From: Torpedo marmorata
Taxonomy: Eukaryota
DNA: 64,000 nucleotides
Assembly (NCBI GenBank): GCA_977017645.1
Contig: OZ360241.1
Coordinates: 73,532,001 to 73,596,000 of the forward strand
Reading direction: 5' to 3'
The notes beneath the pieces are model-generated. The model was not told the origin of the DNA. It was given only the letters and a program-made list of their open reading frames with translations, and searched no databases. Positions within the stretch are counted from its first letter, which is position 1, and each line of letters opens with the position of its first letter. The position numbers and the translations under genes were made by a program. Shown piece by piece: positions 1 through 12,109 of this stretch.

Positions 1-43
1 GTCCTCTATTGCTTCAAGTCAAATAGTATGACAGGAGACTGAC

Positions 44-161
44 CTGAACCTTTGGTGAAAACGAGCTTCGATCTGCTGCGTACACCATCGCCTTTTGTTG
101 TGTAGGCTGCCACAGTGATGGAGTATGTTGTTTCTGGCTGCAGCCCAGAGATGATCATCTC
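44..161 (-). CDS. PTPRS: PTPRS exon, second half of FN-III domain 5 (118 nt, [39 protein letters not shown])
   Basis: Manual translation; acceptor tgctag|GAG, donor CAG|gtcagt; phase 0 in, phase 1 out. Confidence 0.93.
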
Positions 162-1174
162 CTAGCATTGGAAGCACATTATTTCAGCTCAGAACATAAT
201 AGAAATCCAATTTGGTCACATTCAACAAATTTAAACATGCACAAAATGAACCCCCTCGATCCATGGACGACAAAAGGTGTTTAAAAACAAAGAGCAAAAT
301 CCTTTCACACGGACACCTTTCAAGAAGGCAAGCCAGAACCTGCTTTATATTGATCTTTGGACTCCATTGAAATTGCTTCAAGGAGTATCTTTATCCACCA
401 CTCACTAGACTCTGTTCCCATGTGACTCATTTTTAAAAATTCATTGGCACAGTGCCAGAATGAAGAGCTTTGAGCCATCAACATTGGCTTTTGTAGGAAT
501 GACCCAGTGGTTAGCTGACCCCCATCTCCCCCTTCTTATGCAAGGAATACAGAAAATCCCTGTCAGGAAAGCATGAAAAGGATACCTCAAGCAGAGACTT
601 GAAATGCTTGGATCATTGAGATGTCCACACAGAATGAGGCATGTTGGCCCATCTTGTGCATGCTAGCCAAAATTCGATTTATATTAATCCCACTTCCCAG
701 CTCTCGATTCATGGCCCTGCAGGGTCATCCAGGTATTTCAGAACACAATGGGGCGGTCTCTGCCTCCAACACTCTTCCAAGCAATGAGTTTGACCCCCAC
801 CACATACTGAGTGGATTATTTTTCTCAACTCCCTTCTAATTATTTTAAATCTAGTCTCTCTGCTGGGGAAAAATCAGTCCCTCATTTTTATCTTGACAAA
901 ACATCTCATCATTATCATTTGCATCACAAATAAATCCAAACCCTGTTGCCATTGTCCTGAAGATAGCAATCCCAGCTCAATCGATGTTAAATACTGTAAA
1001 TGGAGACACCACTCCTTCCCCGCAAAAAGGAAAATAAAACACATTAAACAATAAGCTCTCAAGCCATGCAAAATCAGTAAACAAATATTCATGGCTTTCC
1101 TGTACATTGAGGAATAGGACTGTGCAGGAACATAAAAACACAAGGGAGCATTCAAGATGAGGAAGTTTACTCAC

Positions 1175-1201
1175 ATATTCTGCAATGCTGTCAGTCTCCC
1201 A
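1175..1201 (-). CDS. PTPRS: PTPRS alternatively spliced 27-nt microexon meC (WETDSIAEY)
   Basis: Long polypyrimidine tract ending ttgctcag|TGG, donor TAT|gtgagt; 9 codons, phase 0/0; resembles mammalian PTPRS meC (WETDDTAEY as recalled). Confidence 0.93.
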
Positions 1202-1321
1202 CTGAGCAACAGGAGGAAAGCAAGAAAAAGAGAGAGAAAAAAACAAATAGATTCAAAGCTGAAGGAAGCGTTTTGAGGCATCTATAGTGGTTTTAACTGG
1301 AAGAACATGCAGCCCTTCAAA

Positions 1322-2180
1322 AGTAAAACACGAAAATCTGTAGACACCGCGGTTGAAGTAAAACACACAAATGCTGGAGAAACTCAGCAGGTCAAACAGT
1401 GTCTTTTATGTAGCAAAGGTAGAAATACATAACCGACGTTTCGGGCTTGAGCCCTTCATCAAAGTATGAGAAAATGCCGGCAGGCGTCTGAACAAAAGAG
1501 TGGGGGGGGGGGGGGGAAGGTGGGGGGTTGGCAAAGGCAGGAGATGATAGGTGGAGACAGGAGGGAGGGGACAGCAGCAAAGAGGGGGAGGAGGGATGGC
1601 TGGGTGGGTGGAAAAAAACTGGAAGGACAGGTGAGGGGGGAGGGGAAGGAAAAGACAAGCAGGTTTAGTGGAAAGCAGAAAAGTCAATGTTAATGCCATC
1701 TGGCTGGAGAGTGCCCAGACGGAAAATGAGATGTTGTTCCTTCAATTTGCGGGTAGTCTGGGTGGGATAGTACATAAGGCCATGGACAGACATGTGAGTG
1801 TGGGAATGTGACTCGGAATTGAAATGGCTGGCTTCTGGGAGGTCGCTGTTGTTGCGGACGGAGAGGAGGTGTTTAGCAAAGCGCTGTCCCAATCTACGAC
1901 CGGTCTCTCCGATGTAGAGAAAGCCACAAAGGGAGCATCGGATGCAGTAAATAAGTTCTCTGGATGTACAAGTGAAGTGTAGCTTCACTTGAAAGGTCTG
2001 TTTGGGGCCCCGGACCGTGGTGAGGGGGGAGGTGTGGGCACAGGAGACCGGTCGTAGATTGGGAGATCGCTTTGCTGAGCACCTCCTCTCCATCCGCAAC
2101 TGTTCTGAAGGTTCTTTGTTTCTCTCTCCATAGATGCTGCTTGACCCGCTGAGAGTTTTGGGCATTTTCTGCATTTTTTT
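1322..2180 (-). mobile_element. Penelope-like retroelement fragment (GIY-YIG endonuclease, 3' UTR, pseudo-LTR) with an inverted piece at about 2043-2180
   Basis: ORF 1665-2174 contains LIYCIRCSLCGFLYIGETGRRLGQRFAKH...HFNS...EQHLIFRLGTLQPDGINIDF; very similar copy at 15303-15935; 2043-2100 is an inverted copy of about 1850-1910. Confidence 0.85.
1428..1468 (-). ncRNA. Minimal hammerhead-ribozyme-like motif in Penelope pseudo-LTR
   Basis: Minus strand reads catact-TTGATGA-A-GGGC-tcaa-GCCC-GAAAC-GTC-ggttatg: core boxes, 4-bp stem II, palindromic ACGT stem III, GUC triplet; C3 is replaced by U. Confidence 0.65.
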
Positions 2181-3379
2181 CAGTGTATCAGAACACTATC
2201 TGGCTGGCCTCAGACTGAAGACCTGATCAGACAGACAAGATAAGGCCATCTTCCAAGAACTTTGGGACTAGAACTGATCTTCTTCAACAATGGTTAATGA
2301 AAAGAAAATTTGAAGAAATGTGAAATGAATTGCAACTTATTATCATTGGAGATTAATTTCAGCCCCTTTGTGTGGACATCCCCATCGTCTGCAGACTTTC
2401 CTGTTTAACTCCACGAGTAATGAGTTTGTACAAGACTTTTCCCCACCTGGCAAAAACTTAACAATCACTTCCAAGATATCTCTATATTCTCTCTGGTTTT
2501 CCAGGCAGTATCGACTTGCATTTTGTCTTCGAGCTGACAAACCTTGGCCCATGGAGAAAGTTACCAGGTTATATTGTTAAGTATAAAGGCAGGAGCAGAG
2601 GGAGTGAGTGAAGGTGGTGGGGATGGGTATTTGGGATAGGGAAGTTAGGGCTGGGAGGAGAGGCACAATTGAGCTGATTCGGGCATCCATGAACACCTGC
2701 ACGTGACATACTGTCATAAGCAGATATACACATGCCTACATTCAGGCATACGATTGTTCATATCCAAGCTTTCTACTATAGATACAATCAAGTCTTTCAC
2801 AAATTTTTAACTGACGACTCAATAATAATAGGGTCCCGCTGTTATTTTTAAATCATCCTTTTTTCCTACGAAATGGCTATGGTGCCAAATGATGACATCT
2901 TTCCTGAGAGGACCTGAGGCCAGTCAAAACCACATGCACTTAGCAATGATGCAGGTATTTCCATGATTTCATATCCATGGAACCATAAAGGTGACTCATA
3001 ATGAATGGTTTGAAGCATCAGAAGGTTCAAAATTCTACAATATTTTTTGTGGATTTTACAAATTTCTGCTGCCCACGAGAAGTTTTGTGAGCCAGATGCA
3101 CATTGGTGAGGTGGCCAATGAAGTTAATAGCAATTTCTCTCCATCCCTTTTAATGAGTGAAAAATCTTCCTGAGCTATTGATCAAATCTTTTGTTGGTTG
3201 ACAAACAAAGGGTTAAGAGCATGAATCCCTACATCTTTTGGTGGTACCTGTCCTTATTTCATAGGTTGGTTCAGCTGCAGTTAAAAGTATAATTCTACAT
3301 TTTGGTATTTGAACCAAGTAATTTCCACAAAATCTCCTTCATGTTTTCTATTGCAGTAAATTAGGGTTCCAAGGATATT

Positions 3380-4110
3380 ATCAAGAACTGAAAGGATTTG
3401 ACAAGTGGGTACGATTATGAGGTTATAGAACTGTCTGCAACATTAGTTGGACTGCAGCTTGACTGCTAGGTATCAATATGGAAAGGTGATTGTGCTGGTG
3501 AGGGTACAGAGCAGGTTTATGAGGATGTTGCCAGGACTGGACAACTGAAGCAATGGGGAAAGATTGAATGCAGCAGGTAGTGCTGCTGCCGGACAGTTCC
3601 AATGACCTGTGTTCGATTCTGACCATGGGTGCTGCCTGTTTGGAGTTTGCACATTGTCCCTGTGACAGTGTGGGTTTCCCTCGGGCACTCCAATTTCCTC
3701 CCATGGTCAGTAGGTTAACTGGTTGCTGTAAGTGACTCCAAACGCAGGCAAGTGGTAGGAGAATGGACATCTGAGAGAGAATCGATTGCAGAGAAACTAG
3801 TGTGGGGGGTGGGGGGAACAGGAGCAATGGGATTGCTTTGAGTGTAAGGAAATAGGTTGCAATTGTTTTCTATGGAAGAGAGGAAAGTGAGGGGTGTTTT
3901 AAATGAGGTGTATAAAATGATAAGAGACTTAGATATAATAAATAACAAAAACTGGTTTCCCTTAGCATGGAAGGCATGGATTTAAATGTTTGGTAGAGTG
4001 AGATGTGGATTTTCTTTCACCTAGAAATGTTAACTGTCTGGAACTCTTTGCCCGTTAATACAATAAAAGTGTATATCTACTTGAGGAACCATAATGTGAT
4101 TAAGTTGAAA
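3380..4110 (+). mobile_element. Degraded CR1-type LINE 3' fragment with a decayed V-SINE inserted at about 3570-3790
   Basis: Similarity to the ORF2 C-terminal region of the CR1 at 6867-7660; V-domain-like ggagtttgcacattgtccctgtgacagtgtgggtttcc. Confidence 0.55.
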
Positions 4111-5651
4111 GATTCTTTCTCTACCAGCATGGAAACAATGGGCAGAATGGACATCTCTGTGCTCACAGATCCCTCTGGTTTTATTATCACTTTGGGCCCA
4201 TTACCTGGAGAAGAGATTATATAGAATACTTTCATGTTGAGAAGTGCTTTGAGCAGCTGCATGTCAAACTGTCTGTCATTGGGTGCACTGAGAATAGGGT
4301 TCATAAATAACTGACTCCCATCAAAGATCAAATCAAGGATCTGAGGAATATTTTTACATTGAAACTGTTGAGAGTGGAGAATGATTGAAAAAGGCACAAT
4401 TATAAACCGGTTTGGTGTGTGAGAAGGTAACTAAGGGATATGGAGGCCAAATAGCCTGCGCTGTAGATTTGCGGTATTTGATGTAGTTTAATGGGCAGAT
4501 ACTGACACAGATGAAATGACTGCAAACAGATGACTTTCATAAGACATGCTTGTCTAATTAATGCAGTTTTAAGAGCCCCTACAATAAACATTTGGTCAAA
4601 AACTAGACACAGAAATAACCAATTTGCAAGGCTGAAGCATGGCCTATTTAATCATTCATTTAGTGATTAAATCTAAACCAAACAATACAAGACATTGCAC
4701 ACAAATAACATTACAGATAAGTGATTAGATTTTGTCTGTAGCTGGAGTTTCATTCAATTGATGACAGTTAGTGTGATGTCCATCTACTGGATGCATGTAC
4801 GATTTTATGCTGATTCGCTGAAGAAATTCACAAACTGCAGTATTTGGTGTAGAAATAGCTAAAAGACCTCAAATTCACTTGATCCATCTTTGGCAACTCT
4901 CTCCCCTTTCTCGATCTCACTGTCTCCATTTTTGGAGACAAACTCGCGACAGACATCTTTTATAAACCCACCAACTCCCACAGCTACCTCGACTACACCT
5001 CTTCCCACCCTGTCTCCTGTAAGGATTCCATTCCTTTCTCTCAATTCCTCCCTCTCTGCCGCATCTGCTCCCAGGATGAGAGCTTCCATTCTAGGATATC
5101 TGAGATGTCCTCCTTCTTCAGAAAACACGGCTTCCCTCTATTGCATTAACTCAGCCCACACGCATTTCCTCCATTTCCCACACATCTGCCCTGGTCCTTT
5201 CCTCCCAGATGCAAGAATGACAGGATTCTCCTCATCTTTACCTATGCACCAGCCTCCGCATCAAACACTTCATTCTCTGCAATTTCTGCCATCTACATTG
5301 GGATTCCACCACCAGGCACATCTTCCCCTCCTATTTCTCTGCTTTCCACAGGGATCGTTCCCTCTGCAACTCCCTTTTCCGCTCATCCCTTCCCACCAAT
5401 CGCCCCACATCTTCCCCTGTGACCGCAAGAAGTGGTACACTTGCACTTATACACCTCCTCCATCACCACTACTATGGGCCCAAAACAGTCCTTACAAGTG
5501 AAGCAACGTGAATCTGTAGCTGTCATTTACTGCTTTCAGTTCTCCAAGTGAGGCCTCCTCTACATCGGGGAGACTGGACGCAGACTGGGAGATTGCTTCA
5601 ATGAGCACCTTCACTTTGTCTATTGCAACAGCAAGGACCTCCCAATGCCTA

Positions 5652-6413
5652 CCGTATATTTCGGCGTATAAGTCGACCCTTGAAACCCTCAAAAATATCT
5701 CAAAAAACAGGGGTCGACTTATACGCCAGATATACTTTTGAGACCTTAAAATCAGCTCAAAATCGAGTTCACGCCGATTCGACGTATAAGTCGACCCCTG
5801 AAAACACGATTCGGCGTATAAGTCGACCCCTGAAAACACGATTCGGCGTATAGGTCGACCCTGGAAGCGCCTCCCCACTGCCGGCGCCGCCGCTCCCCGA
5901 CACCTCCCCACCACCGGGCGCCGCCATAAACCACCCAGACATTCTACAATTGTAGAGCCCGAGGTCCCCGCTCCTACCCGGGAGAACGAGCTCCCCGCTC
6001 CTGCCTGGGAGAACGAGCTCCCTGCTCCTGCCTGGGAGAACGAGCTCCCCGCTACTGCTCGGGAGAACGAGCTCCCCGCTCCTGCTCGGGAGAAAGACGT
6101 CGCCGCACCTGCATCTTCCCGGCCAGAAGCAAAGGTTTTTTTTAACTGTTTTTTTTACTTACCGGTACTTGCTTAATTTACAGCTTTGTTACTTGGCGAT
6201 TGGGATGTTGTAACAAATTTTGGGTTGTTGCTGGGAGGCCCAGACAGCCTGAAAATTGGGGGTCGACTTATACGCCGGTCAATGCGCAACATCTCAGGCA
6301 TCGCGATTTTTGGGGTCGACTTATACGCCGGATATACCATAAAACCATTAAAATGAGGCTGAAAAAGGGGGGTCGACTTATACGCCGGTCGACTTATACG
6401 CCGAAATATACGG
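5652..6413. mobile_element. Non-autonomous Tc1/mariner-superfamily (Tc2/pogo-like) DNA transposon, 762 bp
   Basis: Perfect TIR CCGTATATTTCGGCGTATAAGTCGACC; TA duplication at 5650-5651 and 6414-6415; removal restores the host motif DLP..N.FNS; CpG-rich, so probably young. Confidence 0.9.
5966..6094. repeat. 27-bp minisatellite (ccccgctcctgcctgggagaacgagct), about 4.8 units, inside the transposon
   Basis: Directly visible tandem units. Confidence 0.9.
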
Positions 6414-6866
6414 TAACTATTTTAATTCCACACCCCATTGCCACATGGATATGTCTGTACTGCCAAGTTGAAGCCACTCGCAAATTGTGGAACAACACCT
6501 TATATACCATCTCGGCACTCTCCAACCAGTCGGCATCAATATTTCTGTTAACCCCCTTCCTTGGTCTCTCTCTTTCCCTCATCCTCTGTGTCCCCACCCC
6601 CTTCCTTCCCCTATCACTTCTCAGCTTTTTTCTCTTCTACCCTCCCACCTATGACCTTTACTTGTTACCCTACATTCCTCCCCTTCTCCTCCCTCGTCCT
6701 TCCTTTTTATTCAGGAATCTGCCTGATTTTCGGCACCCCTAAAGAAGGGCACAGGCCTGACATATCGACTGCCTTTTGCATCCTCTGGATGCTGCGTGAC
6801 CTGCTGAGGTTCTCCAGCACTTCTGTGTACTGTACTAGACCCCAGCATCTGCAGATTTTCTTATTT

Positions 6867-7660
6867 AGAACATAGAACACTACAGCACAGTACAGGCCCT
6901 TCGGCCCTCGATGTTGTGCCGAGCCATATATTCCTTTAACAAAATGCTAAACTCTCCCTACCCTGTAACCCTCTATTTTTCTTCCATCCATGTGCCTGTC
7001 TAAGAGTCTCTTAAATGCCCCTAATGTTTCAGCCTCCACCACCATCCCCGGCAAGGCATTCCAGGCACCCACAACTCTCTGCGTAAAAAACTTACCCCTG
7101 ATGTCTCCCATAAACTTCCCTCCCTTCATTTTATACGTATGTCCTCTGGTGTTTGCTATTCCTGCCCTGGGAAAAAGGTGCTGGCTGTCCACCCTATCTA
7201 TGCCTCTCATAATCTTGTGGACCTCTATTAAGTCTCATTTCATCCTTCTACGCTCCAAAGAGAAAAGTCCCAGCTCTGCTAACCTTGCCTCATAAGACTT
7301 ATTTTCCAATCCAGGCAAGATCCTGGCAAATCTCCTGTGCACCCTCGCCATAGTTTCCACATCCTTCCTATAATGAGGTGACCAGAACTGAACACAATAC
7401 TCCAAGTGTGGTCTCACCAGAGATTTGTAGAGTTGCAACATGACCTTTCTACTCCTGAACTCAATCCCCCTATTAATGAATCCCAGCATCCCCTAGGCCT
7501 TCTTAACTATCCTATCAACCTGTGCGGCGACCTTGAGGGATGTATGGATTTCAACCCTAAGGTCCCTCTGTTCATCCGCACTCCTATCTACCGACCATTA
7601 ACCCTGTACTCAGCCTTCTGGTTTGCCCTTCCAAAATGCATCACCTCACACTTATCCAGA
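6867..7660 (-). mobile_element. 5'-truncated CR1/HER1-like LINE
   Basis: ORFs 7235-7489 (LYKSLVRPHLEYCVQFWSPH) and 6947-7210 (TRGH...FFTQRVVGAWNALP) are the CR1 ORF2 C-terminus; tail ends in (TGTTCTA)n-like repeats. Confidence 0.92.
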
Positions 7661-7724
7661 TTACTTAGATAAAGGGAAGGATTTTTTTGTCCATTGGAAT
7701 TCCGTGAAATGAAGGAGCTCAAAT

Positions 7725-7950
7725 CCCTCTCCAGGGACTTGAGTTCAAAAATCTCATCTGCACTAATATAATATTGAGTGAGTGCTGCTCTGCTGGGAAT
7801 GTTTTGTTTGTGGCTGAGTTGTTTAATCTAAGATAGCATCTTGCTGACCAAGGTGAATATCATTTTGAAGAAATGGGGTATTATCCCTGTTGATCTTGCC
7901 AAAACTCCTAAACAGACTTCCTTATCATTATCTCACTGCTGTTACAAGGA
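7725..7950 (+). mobile_element. Degraded Deu-domain SINE (SacSINE1/AmnSINE-like)
   Basis: Blocks ccagggacttgag, tgagtgagtgctgc, attttgaagaa and tcattatctcactgctgtt resemble the Deu-SINE consensus as recalled; a related copy is at about 59940-60200. Confidence 0.5.
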
Positions 7951-8337
7951 GTCTGCATTTATTTTTATCTATTCGTTTTCCGGATCTGGGCATCACTGGC
8001 AAAGAGGGCACTTACGGCCATTCCTTAATTGCCTTCAAGACAGTGGTGGTTTCCATCGTATTTTTTTTAATTGGTTTTAACATACACAAATTACATAGGT
8101 ACAAATGATAATAATGATAAAGTAAATTAATATCGAATTACAAATATCAAATAACAGTGAACAAGGTACATATGAACCCATGTTATTAAATTGGAAAAAA
8201 AAGGAAAGAAAGAAAAAAAACATATATTCCTAAACTAAGAATCTAGCCCCACCCTATGAGGGCTGCTGGCCAAGTTAAGGAGTCCACTACTAATAATAAT
8301 AACAATGGGGTAAAAAAAAAACCCAAAAATACTTAAT

Positions 8338-11300
8338 CTACAAGTTTTGAAAATAATTGAGAAAAGAACCCCAAAGAGAAAGAAAGTTAAAATCCATTAC
8401 AGTAGTAGAACACCTAATTTTTTCTCGAGAAAGACATGCCATCACATCCGACAACCATTGAGTATGAGTGGGAGGGACAGCATCTTTCCATCTCAGCAAA
8501 ATGGCCCTTCTAGCAATGAGGGAAGCAAAAGCCACTACATGGGATTGTGAAGAAGTTAATGTTAAATCCATTGGCCCACTCACTCCAAAGATAGCTAAAA
8601 AAGGACAAGGAGTCAAGTTAATATCAAGAACTAACGATAAAGTGCGAAATAGCCCTTGCCAAAAATTAAAGAGAAAAGGACATAACCAAAACATATGGTA
8701 CAAAGTACCTTCCTCAGTTATGCATTTATCACATTTAGAAGAGATGTTAGGATAAAATTTAGCTATCTGAACCTTGGTAAAGTGGGCTCGATGGACTACT
8801 TTAAATTGTATTAATGAATGCCTAGCACAAAGAGAAGATGAGTGAACACGTTTCAAAATAGAATCCCATGTAGTTTTGGCAAATGGTTGTTGAAAGTCTT
8901 GTTCCCATATTTTCTTAATACCACCCAGGGAACTATCCCTAGATCCTAAAAGTAATTCATAAGGGGCTGAGAGCAATCCTTTATGATTAGGTTTAAAATT
9001 ATATACTTCCCAAATAAGATTAAGATTTAAGTCCTGGGGAAGCTTCAACGTTAAAGAATTTAAGAAGCTCATAATCTGTAAATAATGAAAAAAGTGTTGT
9101 TTAGGTATTTTAAATTTAATAGATAATTGTTCAAAGGAAGCAAGATTTTGGTCAATATATAGATCTAGAAAAGATTGGATACCCAAGCTTGCCCATTGAG
9201 TATAACCAATATCTTTGACCAAGGGTAAAAAAAAAGGAATTGCATAGAATAGGGCTAATCAATAAAAACCTTTGGTAACCAAAATGTTTTCTAAATTGAA
9301 ACCAAATTCTCAAAGTGTGTCTGACTACAAAATTATCAGTTAACTTGGAAGCCAAAAAAGGCAAGGGTGCTCCAAGTATCGAAAGGAGAGAATGCCTTTT
9401 AGTAGACAATCTCTAGGTCAATCCATCTTGAAGCACCTTGGTATTCATTATGACAAATCCAAATAGTGATATATCTAATATTCGCTGCCCTGTAGTAAAA
9501 TCTAAAATTAGGTAATGCCAAATCCCCATTTTAAAAAATATTTTGAAGGAATTTTTTTTTGAGGCGGGGGCGCTTATTTTTCCAAATAAAAGAAGAAATG
9601 AGAGAATCTAATGAATCAAAAAAGGATTTGGGAACAAAAACCGGTACAGCTTGGAAAATATATAAGAATTTAGGCAAAATATTCATTTTGATAATATTAA
9701 CACGTCCAATTGAGGTCATCGAAAAAGGGGACCATTGAGATAGGAACTTCTTAACATGATTCAGTAGGGTAAGGAAATTTTCCTTAAACAAATTATTAAA
9801 CTTTTTAGTAATAGTAATGCCTAGATAGTTAAATTGATTTTTAACAATTTTGAAAGGGATAGAGGAATCTAAGGAGCAGGAAGAATTCAAAATGAACATT
9901 TCACTCTTCTGCAGGTTTAATTTATAGCCTGAAAATTGACTAAATTGACTGAGAAGTATCAGAATATGTGGAATCGAATGGTCAGGATTGGATATGTATA
10001 GCAGAAGATCATCGGCATAAAGAGACACCTTATGAATATTTCCAGCTCTAGAGATTCCAGAGATCTCTGTCGATTGCCGAAAAGCAACCGCTAATGGTTC
10101 CAAAACCAAATTAAATAAGAGCGGACTTAGGGGACAACCCTGTCTGGTTCCACGATGCAGTTTAAAGGGTTTGGATTTAATTGAATTAGAAAAAATTGAA
10201 GCTGTAGGGGATAGATATATCAATTTAATCCAATTAATGAATCGAGAACCTAGGTTAAATTTCTCAAGTACACTAAATAGATATTCCCATTCCACTCTAT
10301 CAAATGCTTTTTCGGCATCTAAGGAGATAATACATTCAGAGAATGAAACTTTAGGGGAGTGAAGAATACCTAAGAGATGTCGAATGTTGAATTATGAGTA
10401 ACGTCCTTTAATAAATCCCGTTTGATCCTCAGAAATAATAAGAGGCATAAGATTCCCTAACCTAGAAGCCAGGACCTGAGATAGAATCTTAGCATCAAAA
10501 TTTAAAAGGGAAATTGGTCTGTAAAAGTAACAGACTAAGGGATCCTTATTCTTTTTAAGAATAAGAGAAATGGAAGCATCATAAAAGGTTTGCGGCAACT
10601 TTCCACTAATTGAAGATTGAGTAAAGACCGAGTCCAAATAAGGTATCAGTAAGTGAGAAAAAGATTTATAGAACTCCGCTGGGAATCCGTCTGGACCAGG
10701 ACTTTTACCAGACTGCAAAGAGTTAATAGCTGCCGCAATCTCCTGCTGAGAGATAGGCTGCTCCAGTTTAAATCTGTTCTCTGAAGAAACTGAAGGAATC
10801 GTCAATTTATCTGGAAAATTCAATATTAAAGTTTGACTTTGAGTAAAATCCGAACTATATAGTTTAGAATAAAATTGAAAAAAAGTATCATTTATTTCAT
10901 CATGATCGCTAGTGATCTGACCGTCAGCTCTACGAATCTCAGCAATAAGCTGTTTAGATATCTGGTTTTTAATTTGGCTAGCTAAAGGTTTACTAGCCTT
11001 ATCCCCGTGCACATAATATTTACATTTCGTCTTTAGGAGTTGGGTTTGTATAGGATAAGTAAGAAGGAGATCATATTTAGTTTGTAGTTCAAACCTTCTT
11101 CTAAAAAGCTCGGGTTTCGGGGTTAAGGCATATTGTTGATCAATAACCAATTGAGTAGCCAAGTCATCTCTCTCAGAATTCGCCTTCTTTTTAACATTAG
11201 CCATATATGAAATTATTTGACCTCTAATAAAGGCTTTAAAGGCATCCCAGACTATCAAGTCGGAAATCTCCGGAGAGGAATTTTCAGTGAAGAAAAAGGC

Positions 11301-12109
11301 GATTTGATCTTTCATATATTTCAAAAACTCAGGATCTGATAGTAAAAGAGAATTAAACCGCCATTGTCTGATAGTTCTAGGTAAGTCTGGGATATTAAAA
11401 GACAAAATCACAGGAGAATGGTCAGAAAATAGTATACTTTCATAAGTACAAAAATCAACCGTGGGAATTAATTGTTGATCAATGAGAAAGTAATCAATGC
11501 GTGAATATGTATGGTGAACCTTAGAAAAAAAGGAGAATTCTTTATCATCAGGATTTAAGAATTTCCATACATCGATAATACCAGATTGAAACATAAAAGA
11601 TTTTATAAGCATAGCTGACTTATTCAGATTAGCAGTTTTGCGAGACGAACGGTCGAGTATCGGATCAAGCCAACAATTTAAATCACCGGCTATAACCAAA
11701 GAGTAGGTATTTAAATCTGGTAAAAAAGAAAAGAGGCGTTCAAAAAATTGTGGATCATCAGTATTAGGATCATAAACATTAACAAAAACATATTGCTTAT
11801 TGTACAATTTACCAGATAAAATTTAAAAAATGACCATTGGCATCGCTAATAAGCTCATGTTTAATAAATGGCAATGATTTATCAATCAGAATTGAAATTC
11901 CCCTAGATTTGGCCATAAACGCTGAGTGGTAATGCTGTCCCTTCCAAAAACTTAGGAGGCGTGAAGTATCAGATATACAAAGGTGGGTTTCTTGTAAAAA
12001 AAATGATCTGTGGTTGAAACTTTTTAATGTGTGAAAAAACCTTACAGCGTTTGACCGGATGGTTCAACCCAGAAACATTCCACGACAAAATCTTTAAATC
12101 TCTAGTCAT
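8338..12109 (-). pseudogene. Disrupted L1 ORF2 (endonuclease/reverse transcriptase)
   Basis: Starts MTRDLKILSWNVSGLNHPVKR at 12109; broken by stops and frameshifts into ORFs 10392-11807, 9531-10295, 9152-9409 and 8338-9222. Confidence 0.88.

Larger units (their letters stand above)
4860..6866 (+). mobile_element. Older Penelope-like element (RT C-terminus to GIY-YIG and tail), interrupted by a DNA transposon
   Basis: Frameshifted remnants FYKPTNSHSYLDYTSSHP, LLYIGETGRRLGDCFNEH and EQHL; pyrimidine-rich 3' UTR; degenerate hammerhead-bearing tail at 6735-6866. Confidence 0.8.

Noticed and set aside
5652-6413. Regularly recurring GGCGTATAAGTCGACC motif resembling a CRISPR array
   Set aside because: Copies occur in both orientations with irregular or repeated spacers, inside a TA-flanked TIR element in vertebrate DNA; no cas genes
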